A stretch of DNA of 64,000 nt from assembly GCA_009914755.4 (NCBI GenBank), contig CP068257.2, positions 12,800,001 through 12,864,000 of the forward strand, given 5' to 3'. Below, in pieces: positions 15,650 to 30,200 of the stretch; within the stretch, counting starts at the first letter, position 1; every line of letters begins with the position of its first letter. Below the pieces are notes generated by a model. It worked only from the letters and a program-made list of their open reading frames with translations. It had not been told where the DNA came from and searched no databases. A program made the translations under genes and the position numbers. Source of the DNA: the human T2T-CHM13v2.0 reference genome, Homo sapiens.

Positions 15650-16520
15650 AAAATAGGTGCAAACCAAAAATAAAATTCCAAGCTCCCCAGCCAACTGACT
15701 GGAACCCCCTCTCAACCAAGGAGATTCCAAAGAAACCTGAGAAACTAGTTCAGGCCGTGATAGGAAGTGAGGGTCAGACGTGCTTCATTATACCCTGTCC
15801 CTTCTGGAGTGTTCAGGCACAACTGACCAGCATTAACATTAAAACAGAGATATTAAGACTGACAGAACAGACTCTTTGTAGCAAGAAGATACTAAATTCC
15901 AACCTGACTCCAATGTAGCATTACATGACAGATAGCAGATCCTGGAGGAAATATACATCCCAAAATATATTTCTTTGTCATATTTTGGAATGGACCCACA
16001 GAGCTGTCTCTTGTGAGGGAAATTTGAATTCTGTAAAGACTCTCCTTCCCTTATTAGGTCTTTACCAGAGAGTCTGGCACCTTTTAAGGCCCAATTAGAG
16101 ACATTCACGTCTATTCTCTCTGAAGCCTGCTACCTGGAGGCTTCATCTACATAAGAACCTTGGCTTCCACAACTCCCACCACCCTTACCTTAACTCAAGC
16201 AGATTTAAACTCTTTAGACAAAGCTTAATTCTTTCAACCAACTGCCAATCAGAAAATCTTTTAATCTACCTATGACCTAGAAGCTCACCCTGCACCCCCT
16301 TCCCAAGTTGCTTCAAGATATCCCACCTTTCTGGGCTGAACCAATGTATACCTTACATGTATTGATTTATGTCTCTGCCTGTAATTTCTGTCCCATTAAA
16401 ATGTATAAGATCAAGTCGTAATCTAATCACCTTGGGCTCATGTTCTCATGGCCTCCTGAGGCCGTGTCACGGGTCACAGTCCTCATATTTGGCTCAGAAT
16501 AAACCCCTTCAAATATTTTA
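15650..16520 (+). repeat. Possible solitary retroviral LTR-like element (family not assigned)
   Basis: LTR-like hallmarks: 'ccaatcagaaaatc' (CCAAT-like), 'cccattaaaatgtataag', and 'ggctcagaataaaccccttcaaatattttaca' (AATAAA followed by a CA terminus). No coding capacity. Boundaries are approximate. Confidence 0.3.
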
Positions 16521-17344
16521 CAGACTTTGACATTTTTCATCAACAGGAGCTTCTTTAAAAAATTCTCTCACCCACAGGTAAGATAGGTACCAAGGCAGCT
16601 TGATCACAGTGGTTTGGAATACTTTGTTTTCTGACTATGTTATTTTCAGATATGTGGCCTTCAGATCACATTATACTAGTGAGTAATTATGCTTGTATGT
16701 AGACTGAGGTTGGTTTGAGGGAAAACAATCATTAACAAAATAATGCATTTGTTACTTGGAATTCTAGAAGTTTTCTGAGCTCAAAGTACAGGGCAAGAGA
16801 AGTGGAAAGAGGTCAAATGTAGACATCTGAAGATATACTCATCTCGCCACAGGTATGCTGGGATTTTAAAGCACCATCCTGCAGTTTACACTTAAGTTCA
16901 ACTACCTGATAGGAGGTATATAGTAGGAAGAGCATGGAGAATACATGTTCTAACTTGGGATGAGATTGGGAATGTTCAGGAGATGGAAGAAGTGGGAGGT
17001 AAAAATGAGAAAGCAAGGAGGCCAAATGTACTTTTAAAAGCCAGAGGGTTGTGCTCATTCAAACAACCGGGCAATCCTCCATTATCAAGAATGCAAGACC
17101 CATTGTCCTTTTCTTTCTCTTTCAAGTTCCTTGTAACTTAAGCTCCAAATTTTTTCTTCGTATCTTAATTTCCTCTTTAAGTTTTTCCTTGATTCTCTTA
17201 GTCCATTGTCTTCATGTGAATGATATGTCCTTGCTCTGGCTGTATTTGCTATACACTCTTGAGAGATTTCTGAATTTATCCTCCATTTCTAACCTTGGAA
17301 ATCTACAAAGAGAGGCTTAAATACAACTAAGCCATGCCATATAA

Positions 17345-17384
17345 TGACCAAAACAAACAAACAAACAAACAAACAAACAAAGCA
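17345..17384. repeat. (CAAA)n tetranucleotide microsatellite
   Basis: 'aaaacaaacaaacaaacaaacaaacaaacaaag'. Confidence 0.95.
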
Positions 17385-17569
17385 TGGCTAGGCACTGGTT
17401 TGTTTTGTTTATGTTTCCAAACAATTTTAGATTGTTTGGAAATTATGGTTTTATAAAAGGAAAATGAACCAACAATTTTACAGTGCTTTCTAGAATTTGT
17501 AAACATGAAAGACTTCTCAATGGAAATCAGTTTATAACTGTAACTGCCCAACGGGTTCACCTTGCCCAC

Positions 17570-18420
17570 GGCCTAGAGAGAGCCCATTTATCAAGACAGG
17601 GGACTTGCAATTGAGAAAGAGTAATTCACGCAGAGGCGGCTGTGTGGGAGACTGGAGTTTTATTATTACTCAAATTGGTCTCCCTGAAAAGTCGGATACG
17701 GAAGGTTTTAAGGATAATTTGGTGAGTAGGGGCTCGAGAAGTGGGGAGTGCTGATTGGTTGGATTGGAGATTAAATAATTGGGGGTCAAAGTGGGTTCTT
17801 GATGGCTTCTGTTCCTAGATGGGATCTCAGAACTGGTTGAGCCAGATTACCCTTCTAGGTGGTGTCTGTCATCTGCTGCATTGGAGTGCAGGGTCTGCAA
17901 AAGATCTCAAGCATTAATCTTAGGCTTTACAATAGTGATGTTATTCCCAGGAGCAATTTGGGGAGGTTCAGACTCTTGCAGCTGGAGGCTGTATGACCCC
18001 TAAACCATAATTTCTAATCTTGTAGCTAATGCGTTAGTCCTACAAAGGCAGACTGGTCCCCAGGCAAGAAGGGGGTCTTTTCGGGAAAGGGCTATTATCA
18101 AATTTGTTTCAGAATCAAACTATAAACTAAATTTCTTTCCAAGGTTATTTAGGCCTATGCCCAGAAATGAAAAAGGACAGATTAAAAGTTAACAGGAAAA
18201 TGGAGTTGGTTAGGTCTGACCTCTTTCACGGTCGTAATTTCCTCAGTTATGATTTTTGCAAAGGCGGTTTCATAACATTCAAACTTAATGCCCATATGCT
18301 TCTGTCAGATCAACGGTATAATCAGGGAAATAGTTTACTAAGAATGCGTGTCACTCTAAAATGGTACCTGAACCTTTTGTCATCCACAGCATAATTTTAA
18401 CAGCTTTGATAAGGGACATT
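17570..18420 (+). repeat. Possible ERV/LTR-derived interspersed repeat (family not assigned)
   Basis: 'ggctgtgtgggagactggagttttattattactcaaattggtctccctgaaaagtcggatacggaaggttttaaggataatttggtgagtaggggctcgagaagtggggagtgctgattggttgg...gcagggtctgcaaaagatctcaagcattaatcttaggctttacaatagtgatgttattcccaggagcaatttggggaggttcagactcttgcagctgg' resembles a repeated family I have seen in human DNA. I cannot name it reliably. Confidence 0.35.
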
Positions 18421-20275
18421 TTTCCCAATCAACCTTTGCTACTCTGAAGACATGATACAAATTTTTGAGTAAACAATGTCTAAATCAAAGTGCAATGTTT
18501 ATTCTCAAATACATATTTAAGTCAATGTAGTCTTTTTAGTTTGATTAGATGTGAATTTCTCATACTTTGTGCTATATTAAGAAATAACCATCTAAGTTTT
18601 TCTCTTTTTGTTCACCTAAACATTTTCTTCTCCTACATTAAGATACACAAAGGCAGTGAATTATAATTTGTTAATGGTGATCATAATAACTCAATACATG
18701 AGAAATTCAAATTTTTTTTCATTTCAATACAAATAAGTTTTCAGGACAGGCATACAGAGAAAAACTTGAGTGCATTCTGCTTTGTTTGGCTCATTTAGAA
18801 GAAAAACTGTAGCAGGTAAAATCGGTGGGGAAAAATTAGACAAGTTTATCTTTTAAAAATTATTTTCATTGTGGAATAATACATGTTCACATATAAAAGC
18901 ACAGAAAGGCCTAAACAAGAAAAGAAATGTCTAGAGAACCATTATTAATATTTTTCTATTTCTGTATAGGTTCTTCCCTATATATACATACATATAGTGT
19001 GTACTTGGGTGCCTGTATTTCATATATATGCACACACATAGATATACACAGAAACACAGGATATGTATGTGTGTATATATGCATTCCTACAGCTATATAT
19101 TCTGTTTTACAATTCTTAAAAATTAACAATAAAAGATTAGTAAATTCTAATGCTACAATATACAATCTGGAAAAAAGAAAAATCAACTATTCCTTTACTG
19201 CACATCTTATGTTATTAAGCATTTACTATATGTTGCTTCTGTACTCAGTGCTGTGGTCACAATTTCTGCCCTAGAGAGCCATCAATTTAACAGAAAGATT
19301 AAACAGACAATTTTGCAAGAATGATAAATTCTGTAGTAGAAGAATGCCCAGGATGATATGGGAACACACAGCAGGGAATTTAATTCATACTGGAAGTAAC
19401 CAGGATGTTTTTTCAGAAAAGGTTCACATCTGAGCTACGTATTTAAGGGTCAGTATGAGTTTCGGTGAAGGAGGTGGGTCTAGATATGGGGAGGTAGGTG
19501 GCAGATCAGCTTGAAAGTTACGAGAGTAGAGCACATTAGAAAAAGTGAAGGCAGTCTCCCATCACCACAGGATAGGGTAACGAGAGAGGTGTGGTGAAGT
19601 GATGAATGATAAGGCTAGAGAATTAAGTAGGAACAGATAATTAAAAATCAGTGTAAGTGTTTGAATTTCATTCAGAAAGTACTTGAGAGCTAAGGAAACA
19701 TTTTAAACTGGGCAGTGGTGTAATCAGATTTGCAATTTCGAATGCTCTACTGAGCAGTCTGGTGAGTGCATTGGAAAAGATGAAGTATAGAGTTATGGAG
19801 ACTAGTGAGAATTGATAATGATTCTGTGAAAGGAGATAAATACATACATATACTGAAGAAGAGGCAGTGGGGAGGAAGGGGAAGGGGTAAACCTGACGGT
19901 TAAGTTTTGACAGTAATATTGCTGGGACTGAGTGATTGTGTGTGAAGTATGAAGGAGAGGAAAAAGACAATGGTAATATTTGGATTTATAATTTGAAATC
20001 TAGATGGATGATTGAGCACTGTAGAGAATAAGATTTTAGAAAGAAGATGAGTTTCATTTTGAACAGATTGGGTTTGAGATTCATGTGGAACATTCAAAAT
20101 AAGTCATTAGGTAGAAGGGCTGAGCTGAAAATTTAGAGTGGCTTGGATGACAGATCAGTGTATCTCAACTTTGTTATACATAATAAACAGCTTTTAAAAA
20201 ATTTTATCGTCTATGCTACATTCCACACCAACTAAATCAGAATCTCTAGGGGCAGGAACCAAGCATTGACATTTC

Positions 20276-21215
20276 TTTCTTTTTTTTGTTAACTTTTATT
20301 TTAAGTTTAGGAGTACATGTGTAGGATGTACAGGTTTGTTACATAGGTAAGTGTGTGTCACGGGGTTTGTTGTACCAATTATTTCATTACTCAGGTATTA
20401 AGCCTAGTATGCATTAATAATTTTTCCTGAGCCTCTCCCACCTTCCACCCTCCACCCTCCAACAGGCCTCAGTGTGTGTCATTCCCCTGTATGTGTCCAT
20501 GTGTTCTCATCATTTAGCTCCACTTGTAAGTGAGAATATATGGTATTTGGTTTTCGGTTGTGCATTAGTTTGCTAAGGATAATGGCTTCTAGCTCCATCC
20601 ATGTCCTGGCAAAGGACATGATCTTGTTTTTTTTATGGCTGTGTAGTATTACATGATATATATGTACCACATATTCTTTATCCAATCTATTATTGGTGGG
20701 CATTTGGATTGATTCCAAGCCTTTGCTATTGTGAATAGTTCTGCAGTGAACATACGGGTACATGTATCTTTATAATAGAATGATTTATTTTCCTTTTGGT
20801 GTATACCCAGTAATGGGATTCCTGGGTCAAATGGTATTTCTGACTTTAGGTCTTTGAGGAATCATCACTGCACTGTCTTCCACAATGGTTGAATTAATTT
20901 AATTTACACTCCCATTAACAGTGTATAAGCATTCCTTTTTCTGCACAACCTCTCCACCATCTGTTATTTTTTGAATTTTGATAATAGCCATTCTGATTGG
21001 TGTGAGATGGTATCTCATTGTGGTTTTGATTTTCATTTCTGTAATGATCAGTGATGCTGGGCTTTTCTTCATATGCTTGTTGGCCACATGTATGTCTTCT
21101 TTTAAAAAGTGTCTGTTCATGTCCTTTGCCACTTTTTAATGGAGTTTTTTTTTTTCTTATACATTTGGTTAAGTTCCTCATAGAACGCACTGACATTTCA
21201 AAAACTCCTTGGATG
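20276..21215 (-). mobile_element. L1PA-type L1 3'-end fragment (minus orientation) with poly-T (poly-A on minus)
   Basis: The plus strand is the reverse complement of the L1 3' end: 'ttaacttttattttaagtttaggagtacatgtgtaggatgtacaggtttgttacataggtaagtgtgtgtcacggggtttgttgtaccaattatttcattactcaggtattaagcctag...atggcttctagctccatccatgtcc...cagtaatgggattcctgggtcaaatggtatttctg...ctccaccatctgttatttttt...catttctgtaatgatcagtgatgctgggc'. The ORF-track hits 20479..20763, 20899..21132 and 20915..21295 (minus) are L1 ORF2 C-terminal remnants. Confidence 0.82.
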
Positions 21216-24200
21216 GTTCCAGTGGGCATCCCAAGATTTAGAATCACTCTCCCAAAGAGATGACATAGACCAGTGGATCTCAATGTTGATTCCACAGTAG
21301 AATCATTTGAAGTGCTTTAAAAATTCTCAAGATGCAGGTCATGTCGTGCAAGCATTAAATGGGAGTATAAGGAGACAGAGCCCAGATAGTAATATTTTTG
21401 ATACCAGCTTTATTGAGGTATAATTTGCATAATATATAATTCATCCTTTTGAGGTGTACAATTTGATGTTTTTTAGTATACTAAGTTTATATGGACAATT
21501 CATATCAGTGGTGTTATACGATATATGTTCTCAAATGTGGCTTTAATGTTGAATTGAAATAGGAATAACAAACATCCTTGTCTTGTTTCTGATCTTAGAG
21601 GAGAAGTATTCATTTTTTAATGATTAATTACAATGTTAGCTCTGGGTGTTGTTAGTTTGTTGCTATGGATGCTTGTTTGTTTATTGAGTTTCCTGAATTA
21701 ATTGTGAAGAGTCTGATTTTCTGTCATGCATACCCCTCAATATCTCTGATCAGTTAGCTTAGCGGTCAGCTAATGACTTCACATAGATTTCTTTGAATGC
21801 ATTAAACTAGTAAGTTGCTGTCATTTTGCTGAAGGGCTTTGGGCGCGTGTGTTTGAGGGGAATATTTCAACACTCCAGCAGGCAGTTTGAAAACTCTTCT
21901 TTAGCCTTCGTTTCCTGCTTGTGCAAAGCCTCAGACTTATCCACAGGTGAGAGATTAAGGCCTTCCCAGGTCTTTTCTGCGCTTGTGCACATCCCTGCAA
22001 GTGCATATGATCTTCTAGAGTTCCAGGAATATGTTAGATATTTTCAACACTCCATGTGAAAATCTCATCCCCTGGTTTTTTCTTTTAAAGTTTTTGGTCT
22101 GTTACTTAACCCAACTTGTGTCACTGCCTCAGCTGCACAATTGAATAATTGCCACTGATTGATTTTAACAAATTCCTTAAGGACAGGGCTGTTCATACCA
22201 AACGAGCTGCTGCCTCAAATTTGAGTCAACTGTCAGTCACATCAGATAAAAACAAGCCCTGAGAATGAAAGTGCTAGTGAGGTGAATAGTGACAGTTCTC
22301 TAGGGATAGGATTTTCCAGGAACTCCAAACCCATTCACTCCCTCCCAGTGGCTCCTAGGCTTCTGGAGTTTACAGTTTGTGTAGCTTTTGGTTGGAAGGC
22401 TACCATGGACATAGGGAGGGGGAATAGGGCAGATTTAAATGCCACAAAGCTTGCTGTTTTTACCAAGGGCCAGTTGATCTTCTGGAATAAATGTTCCTCA
22501 AATTCTCGCAAGCCTTTGCTTAATTGCTAGAGTTCTGGCAAAATTAATTTTTTTCCTTTTTCAGTAGTATTCGCTGTCTTTTTTTTTTTTTAATGGAGGA
22601 GAGGATTTATGGAGGTCTGCACTTTGCCATTCAAAAGGGTTTCCTATTATAATTTGTATACCACCTTATAGATACCCATGTTCAGGAAAAGTTGAAAAAC
22701 ACTGGTTTTTACAGAAAAGAAGATCAAGGGCCAGATTCTAGAAAACACAAACATTTAAGACCAGGAAGAGGAGGAGGAGCAAGAGCTTATAAATAAGGCA
22801 GATAAGGAATGGTTCTGAAATGAATGGGCTTATAAAAAGTAAAAGAGAAAAGAGTTTTAGGAATAGAATAATTAAAGCTATTGAATGCTGCCTACACAGA
22901 TTAGAAAGTTGATTGAAAAATACTGATTTGAATTATCTACAAAAAAGTCACTGAGATTTTTTTTTAGAACAACTTCAGTGGAGTGATGGGGCAGAATCCT
23001 GACTACAGTTAAGTTGTTACATAAATAGGAGGTTAAAAAAGAGAAAATAATTATAGGTAACTCGGAAGGAGCCGGACTGAGAAAGGAAGGGGAGAGAATA
23101 TAGGCTGGAACAAGACATGAAGTAAAGAAAGTTGCATTCTCCCAGGGCTCAGTTTAACTGCTCTATTTATTATTCATAAATTTTCTTTTTGGTATCTGTT
23201 CTAGACCATAGGGCTATCACTAGTCATTTGGACTTGTGGGTGAGGAGAGTGACCTTTCTCCCATTATGTAATGAAGAAATGTAATCCTAAATATTAGTCA
23301 TGGCTCTAAACAGATTCTCAATGAAATGGTGGCGACAAATAATAACTGGACCTATGAGGGGCAGTAGACTGAAGCATGCATGAAGTCTGAGAAAACTGAG
23401 ATTAAATCCCTGCTTCACCACCCTGCTGGTGCTAGCTGTATGACCTTGACCTAAAATTACTTAGGCTCTCTTGACTTTGCTTTCCTCATGTGAATAATAA
23501 CACTAATCATTCAAGATTGTCATGTGGGTTAATTGAGATAATGCCCAGTCTTGGCAATAAAGAGAACTCCTAGTTCTGCCTCTTGGATGCTGTGTTAGAA
23601 TGGAAGAGTTAGCTTTTTAATATCTCCATTTTCTCATCTGTAAAATAAAAAAGTTGGGTTATATAATCTTCATGCTTCTTTTCAACTTTAACTATATGAG
23701 CTTCCAATTTCTTTTAGTTCAGAGCTATTCTTCATGTACTTTGTGGGCTAGATAGATATTTCGAGTTGGCCTAGGACTTAAACCATTCTGTAGATGACAG
23801 TTTCCACTGGAAAAGGCATTCCAAAGAATTGACTTACAAACTGTGGAAGACAGCTCTGCCAAGCTGGGTAGTAGTTTTAAATAGATGGGCTTAACCTAGG
23901 ATATATAATAGAAAGGGCTCACCAATGCATAGTTCAAATCCTTTAGAAATGAGCTTTGAAGAGAGGGGCAAGTGGCATAATATCAGATTTCAAAGTTAAG
24001 TCTCTGTTTTGGGGGCTCCTGGATTGATCATTATAACCGAAATCTTTCTTTGTTTATGAATGTTTATAAATGCTAGCTTTTGGCAGTTGAGGAGACTTTG
24101 AAGCAGCAAACTGCACAAGGAAGAAGGACAAGTTTGAAGCCAGATAGGGTTCAGTAGGGGTAAAGCAGAGAAAAAGAGTAAATCGTTGGATGCAGGATGA

Positions 24201-27200
24201 TTAGTAAGACCAGCAAGTGATATGAGTACCGAATTGGATAAGGGACTCAGAGACTCAGGAAAAGGGAGAACTGGAGGCCCGGTAAGGCTGAGATGGGCCA
24301 GAACAGGAAGAACAAACCAAAAGGATTTGCCTTCTCAGAGACTGATTTATTTTTCCCACCAATGATTTCAGCTTGTTTTGTTGAAGTCACCGATGCATTG
24401 TGGTAGAATTTTATCTGAGTAGGTAGTATGTAATTTAACCTCCCGTTTCAGGGCAATTAAAGACGTGCTCATTTTCTTTTAGCAGATTAGTGCTTTAAAG
24501 GTTAAGGAAAATTAACTTAGAGATTTAAAAGGAGATAAAATAATTAGGAAATAAAAACATTGAAAAACAATACTACATTCACTGTGATTTTATTAAAAAT
24601 CAGTTTTTACACAACTTTTAACACATGGTATCCTATCGTTTCTGTCTAAATTGTAAAACTATGTCTGCTTTGACATTTTTTTCTCCCCCTGCTTATTTCC
24701 TTCAGGTGGCCTGTCACATACATTTATGTTTAAAATTAAAGATGGCCAATTTTCCTTTAAGGCTGTTCCAATTCCACACCACTTCTCGAAATAACTGGAG
24801 CTGTCCAGGATGGGCTGGGAATATCCCATCTACGTTGTCTGCCTTACTGGAGGCTTCGCATTCTCTCAGAGACACTTTGCTCATGTACACCATTTGGCAA
24901 GAAAGAGTCATTGGCATGTCCTTGGATGACCCCTTGTCTAAGTGGACTTTTTGGATGGTACTGTTGATCAATGGGGGCTTTGTAAGCGGGCAGGCCCCAC
25001 TGCTGCCCTGAAGATCTCTTCTGCACCCTGCAAATGACACTAACATTATGAAAAATTTCTCCAAAGACAGATATTTTCAATTAGCCAAATTACTCTAACA
25101 GTAATTTAAATCAGGAAGATTTAAGGCAGAGCTAGTTCCTATGCCAGCCAAGAAGACTGCTCTGCCAGTTGAAAGGCAAGCACATCCTTCCCTGCCAACT
25201 TGCAATGAGATGGTTCTTGCAGTGACAGCAGATCTACCATGCACGTTTGATTTAAAGCCCTCCATTACCATACCTTTGTAATTATCATCAGGCAATGATG
25301 AGTCCTGGGGAAAGTATGGATCTTAAATTCGAGGATCCAGAAGCCTAATCGAAATGCAGCACATGAAATGAATCTTTCTTCTTGGTATATCTCCTCTTTT
25401 CAACCAATTGGTCTTGATTTAAGTAAAATTGTAGCAAAACCCTGTGCCAATATTGTGATTCTTTTTCACTTTGCTAATCAAAATGTTGTTTCGCAAGGCT
25501 CTGATGGTGTTCAAGACACCTTATAGGAGGTATGGTTTTTCTTTAAGTTGGCTGGCATAGATCCTTTATTTCACATGAAGTCATGAGAACGATTTGTAAA
25601 GATTCCTTTGACTGGTAAATTCGCTTATTCTGGGATAGTGCTCTCACAATGATTCTATGAGGCAAATATTATATTGGTGATTTTTTTTGTTTGCTGTTCC
25701 TTAAGGTTAATGATATGTAGACTACTCTAAATCTACCTTTTTCCTACCTAGGGACTGTATGTTATTTAGAAAACATAAATTTCAGAGGATTTGTAAGGAT
25801 GAGCGAGGTTGCTTTTTCTTTATAAGATCTAACTTCAATTAGCAACATTTTGTTAAATATCTAACTTTGCCCATTGCCCAGTGCTTTACTTATAGTTAAG
25901 CAACATGGTGTGAAGAAAGAGGCATAGGCTTAATTCCAGATCTCAGTACAAATCTGAATTCTTCTTACTTGTAAATTGGTGTGACCATGGATAGATATCT
26001 TTACCCCTCTACCATCCCAAATCTCTCCTACAATATGGTGGTATTGAAACTGACCCTCTCTAGTTCCTCTCCATCTTTGACACCTATGATTCTATGAATA
26101 TGGGAATTCTCCTCTTGAAGAATTAACCATCAGCCCCCATGTTTAGTACTTACTATATAATTTTGTTTAAACAGTTATTTATGACATTCTCGCAATGCAA
26201 ATTTAGGAACCCTTTTCTTCCAGGACTTCTCTTCCACCTGTCTTTTATTATTTCAGATAATGGAAATTTGAAACCAAAAAGAGATATATCAGCATTATTC
26301 TTATATTCATAGACTCAGGGTTAGAATGGAATTGGCTCCTTTTGGTTTGGGGAATAGTATCCTTCACTGGGACACCTTTATCTAATAGGCTCATTTAGCC
26401 TTTAACACTTGCCCACTTTGTATTACTATATTAAATACAGAGTGCTGCCTTACCAGCCAGATGATAAGTTCTTGTAGGTCTGGGGTCATGCTTTTGGGCT
26501 CCAAATATCTCTAGCACCTAGTATGTAACAGCTAGCCCACAGCTAATCACTTAATAAGTTGTACACCATGATTTTTTTTTCTAAGAAAAACCTTATGGAA
26601 GAATAGTACTAAAGATTTCCTTTTAATCACTGAAATGCAAACAATTTTCCACAACATCCAATGAAAACAGAATGTATAAATGAATCATTTGGTGTACTGT
26701 AATTAACAGAAGTCCAATTTGGTGTAATTAGTGTCAATTTATTTTTAATTGACAATTCCTCTTATACATCATATAGTATATAGCTAAGTATTTCTACTTC
26801 ACAAATAGCTTACCTAGTACATAATTTTATGCTAAGTATCTGTGTAGTCTTTCTCCTCTTAAAACAATACGATAAAAAAATAGAAAACACACACACGCAC
26901 ATACAACTGTATACTTTGAAAACCAGAATATCTCAGTTTAGAAGGCAAATATCCCAGTCTCATGACTTTAGGGATGTCTCCCTTCACTGGGCTCTTCAGC
27001 TATGATTTGGCTCTATTGGTTCGGTACTGTGATGCATATGTTGTGATGGGATTGGGTTGCTATCATAGTCTTTGATATTGGTACTGCTTCTTCAGCTAGA
27101 TTGCAAATTCATTGACAGAAAAGACTATGTATTTTATGTTTCTTTGTTCCAAGTGTCTAATAGAGTTTTATTTATTTAGAAAGTTCTCAATTAGTAGTTG

Positions 27201-30200
27201 CTGCAATCATGCAGGTAGGGCAATAGACACATTGCTCATTGAAAGCTCGCAATAAAATCAACAAATATAAATCTATTTATTAAGCTTCCTAATTTACAAA
27301 CAAAGCAGAAATAGCTATTTTTATACTAATTAAACTACTGTAAATTTTGTATCCTGTTTGTCTTATGTGAAGAGGTATATTTTGATCTTTTAGGTGTTGC
27401 CATAGAGTTTAATCTGAAATCTTACGTGGCATAGGATATTTCAAGAGTTAAAATGCTTTTAATTCAGCTAAAATAACAAATGTATTAGATAATTACATTT
27501 CTCTATATCAACACTGCTGCACACATTAAAATGGGAGGCAGCTTTGAAATTATTGAAGAAAAGATAGATTTTTATTATAGTAATTTATATGATGTCTAAT
27601 TCATGTCTCAGAAATGCACTTATAAATAATCCTTAAATTACATCTTTCACTTATATTTGAAGAATTTTTGGCTTTTTTCAGAGGAAAACTATCCTACACC
27701 TCTTACAGCACAGTAAATAAAACATTTATAAAGGTAGGTAGTAAAAAAGGGACAGTCTAGAAAAATCTATATAAATCAGGATCCTGAGAGTTCTTTTTAA
27801 GATTGAGGATGAGAAGTAATTTTTCTCATTAAAGTCCCTTGTGTGAATAAAATAGTTCAATATTTTATAAATATTTAATAAATTATTATTTCCTACAACT
27901 TATGAGTGTTTGGACAATTGAAGCTATGTTTGGAATATGAGTATATGTCTGTCTATGTGGGGAAGAGATGATGATAAATGCCTGACACTATGTGTCTTGA
28001 AAAAGACTAGGCAAAAGAATTTCTAAGTTTTACAGAAGGCAGAAAGGATGCTTAGTGGGATTCTTTATGGTACAAATTTGAAAGTGCCTGATGGAAGTGC
28101 TTCTTCATGCTTAAATCTTAAAAGTATTAATAATAATATTATATGATACAAATAATGAGCTGGGCAGAGGTAAAATCTTGCAGAAATCATACTAGATGCT
28201 TTACTTGTTTAAGTTTCCCAACAACACTGCAATGTGGACATTAACCTCCCCTTTACATTTGAATAAACTGGATCTTAGATGCTTAAGAACCTGAAGCAAA
28301 TAAGTGTTGAAACTAAGCATGATCCCAAATCCCTCACACGCCAAACTTTACGTTCTTGTATTGCATCATGTTGATTTCCTGTGCTGAGGAAAAAGTTATT
28401 TTTCCTTTTACTATCTATAATATAAGTAGTTATTTGCATACTGGTTCTGGCACTGTCTTACACAGGACGTTCCAATAACTGCCAGTCACATAGCGACGAT
28501 TATGCTTGATTAAGCAGATCCAGTAAGTACTTGATCGACTTTTTCCCATAAATGCTGACATTCTGCAGCCAAAGGGAGAATAACACTTGCCATTATTCTG
28601 AGCACTCTGTGCATCTCCCCTCGTCCCTCCCAATAATACCTGGCCCTGAATTTCCTAAGATCAATGTTCCCAGATTATTAGACTCAGCCCAGATTCCAGG
28701 GTTTCCATCAAATTCTTCCTGGGTAATTTGAGATTTTGAGTTCTATAAGTACTACAGGCAGACAGGTGACAATTTGTGAGATTTGAGGGTATGTTCAGCA
28801 GGTATCATTGTTGCTATTGGTCATTCTATCCCAGATAATTCATTGTTAGCAATGTTGAAGTCCTCACAGTGCTCCAGAATCCTCTAGAAATACATAGGAA
28901 AGAGTGCTTTCAAAATTGTTAATGCATACTATTATAAGAATATAAATATCCCCACAAGATAACCTGATAGCTATTGGCTAGCACATTGTTTTATAGTCTG
29001 CTGATTGGATGACTTCAGCCGTTTCTCAAAAGGTGGCCCAAGGTTCCTGTGTATCAGAATTGCTTGACAATCTTGATACCCCTCTGGGCCCTATCCCCCT
29101 GCCTCAGATTATCATACCCTCTAACTTAGAGTATTAGAGGAATATAAGTAGCTTAATGTAATAAAGTTTAATTTTATGTAGCACTCAAATGGGGGTCAAG
29201 CAACATTCCCGAATGCTTTCCTCTAAAAATGACCCAGGGATTTGAGCTCTTCCTTTGGTGGGCTCCCCGTTTCAGTGTTCCTTGCTTGCAGCCATATAGA
29301 TGAAGAGATGAAGGTAGCCAAAGAAAGAGTAAGGAAAACCTAATGAGAGGAGGACATGAATCTCAAAGCAGATATTATGAGTCAGGCCCTACCATTGACG
29401 TGAACTGATTACAAGGACCCAGCTGAATGCAAGAGGGCTGGGAATATACCCAAGAGGCTAATAAACATGGTTTGGGGAACACATAGCATTTTCTCTGCTT
29501 CGTAAGTTATGTGAGTAAGGCTGATTAGAATGGAGAAAAGCAAAGTCAAGTAAGCATGCCACGTTTTGATTGAAATGGAATTTTAATGGGTACCCAACAA
29601 TGCCTTTATAGTTAATATAAGCCTGTGTAAAGAAGATGTGATCATAATGTGACTTTTAGGCAGGTTGTTTTCATTTCCATACATCTGCATTATGGTCTTT
29701 GGGAAAATTCACATGGGAACTGTTGATAAGGAATATCTGAAATCAGGGCCAGCTTCATGTAACCTGTGTTGTTGCACAGGGCTGTGCTCTCACAAAGGTC
29801 CACATTTGGCTTAATGCTCTGCTATTGTATTGCTGTCTTAAAATTCTTAATCATTTTGAACAAGAGGTTGTGCATTTTCATTTTGCACTGGATCCTTTTT
29901 CTAAGCACTCAGGCTGTCTCCCATTACATAGCTGGTCCTACCTGAAACTTGTGCCTTATCAGTGATTAAAATTAAGGCTTCAAGGATAAAATGAAGACAT
30001 AGTCTTTAAGATGCAGTCAATGCTAATTGATCTTTTAGAGAAGACAAGTTACAATAATAAAGTTCCAAGGGTGGGGGTGTGGGCTCACACAGGTGCATGT
30101 GAACATGGGCCTGTGCAAAGTTTATTAGGAGCAATTTGTTTTAATTGATATTCATTGGGCATCATTCCACTGTTTATTCTTACCTACTCATGTGAAGAGT

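Noticed and set aside
18927-19274. 115-aa + ORF and 76-aa - ORF
   Set aside because: They fall in a TA/CA-rich low-complexity stretch (atatatacatacatatag...cacacacatagatatacac). The peptides are Tyr/Ile/Cys-rich nonsense typical of AT-rich simple sequence.
20479-21295. Minus-strand ORFs (77-126 aa) such as [54 protein letters not shown]...
   Set aside because: These match the L1 ORF2 C-terminal region within the L1 3'-end fragment 20276..21215.
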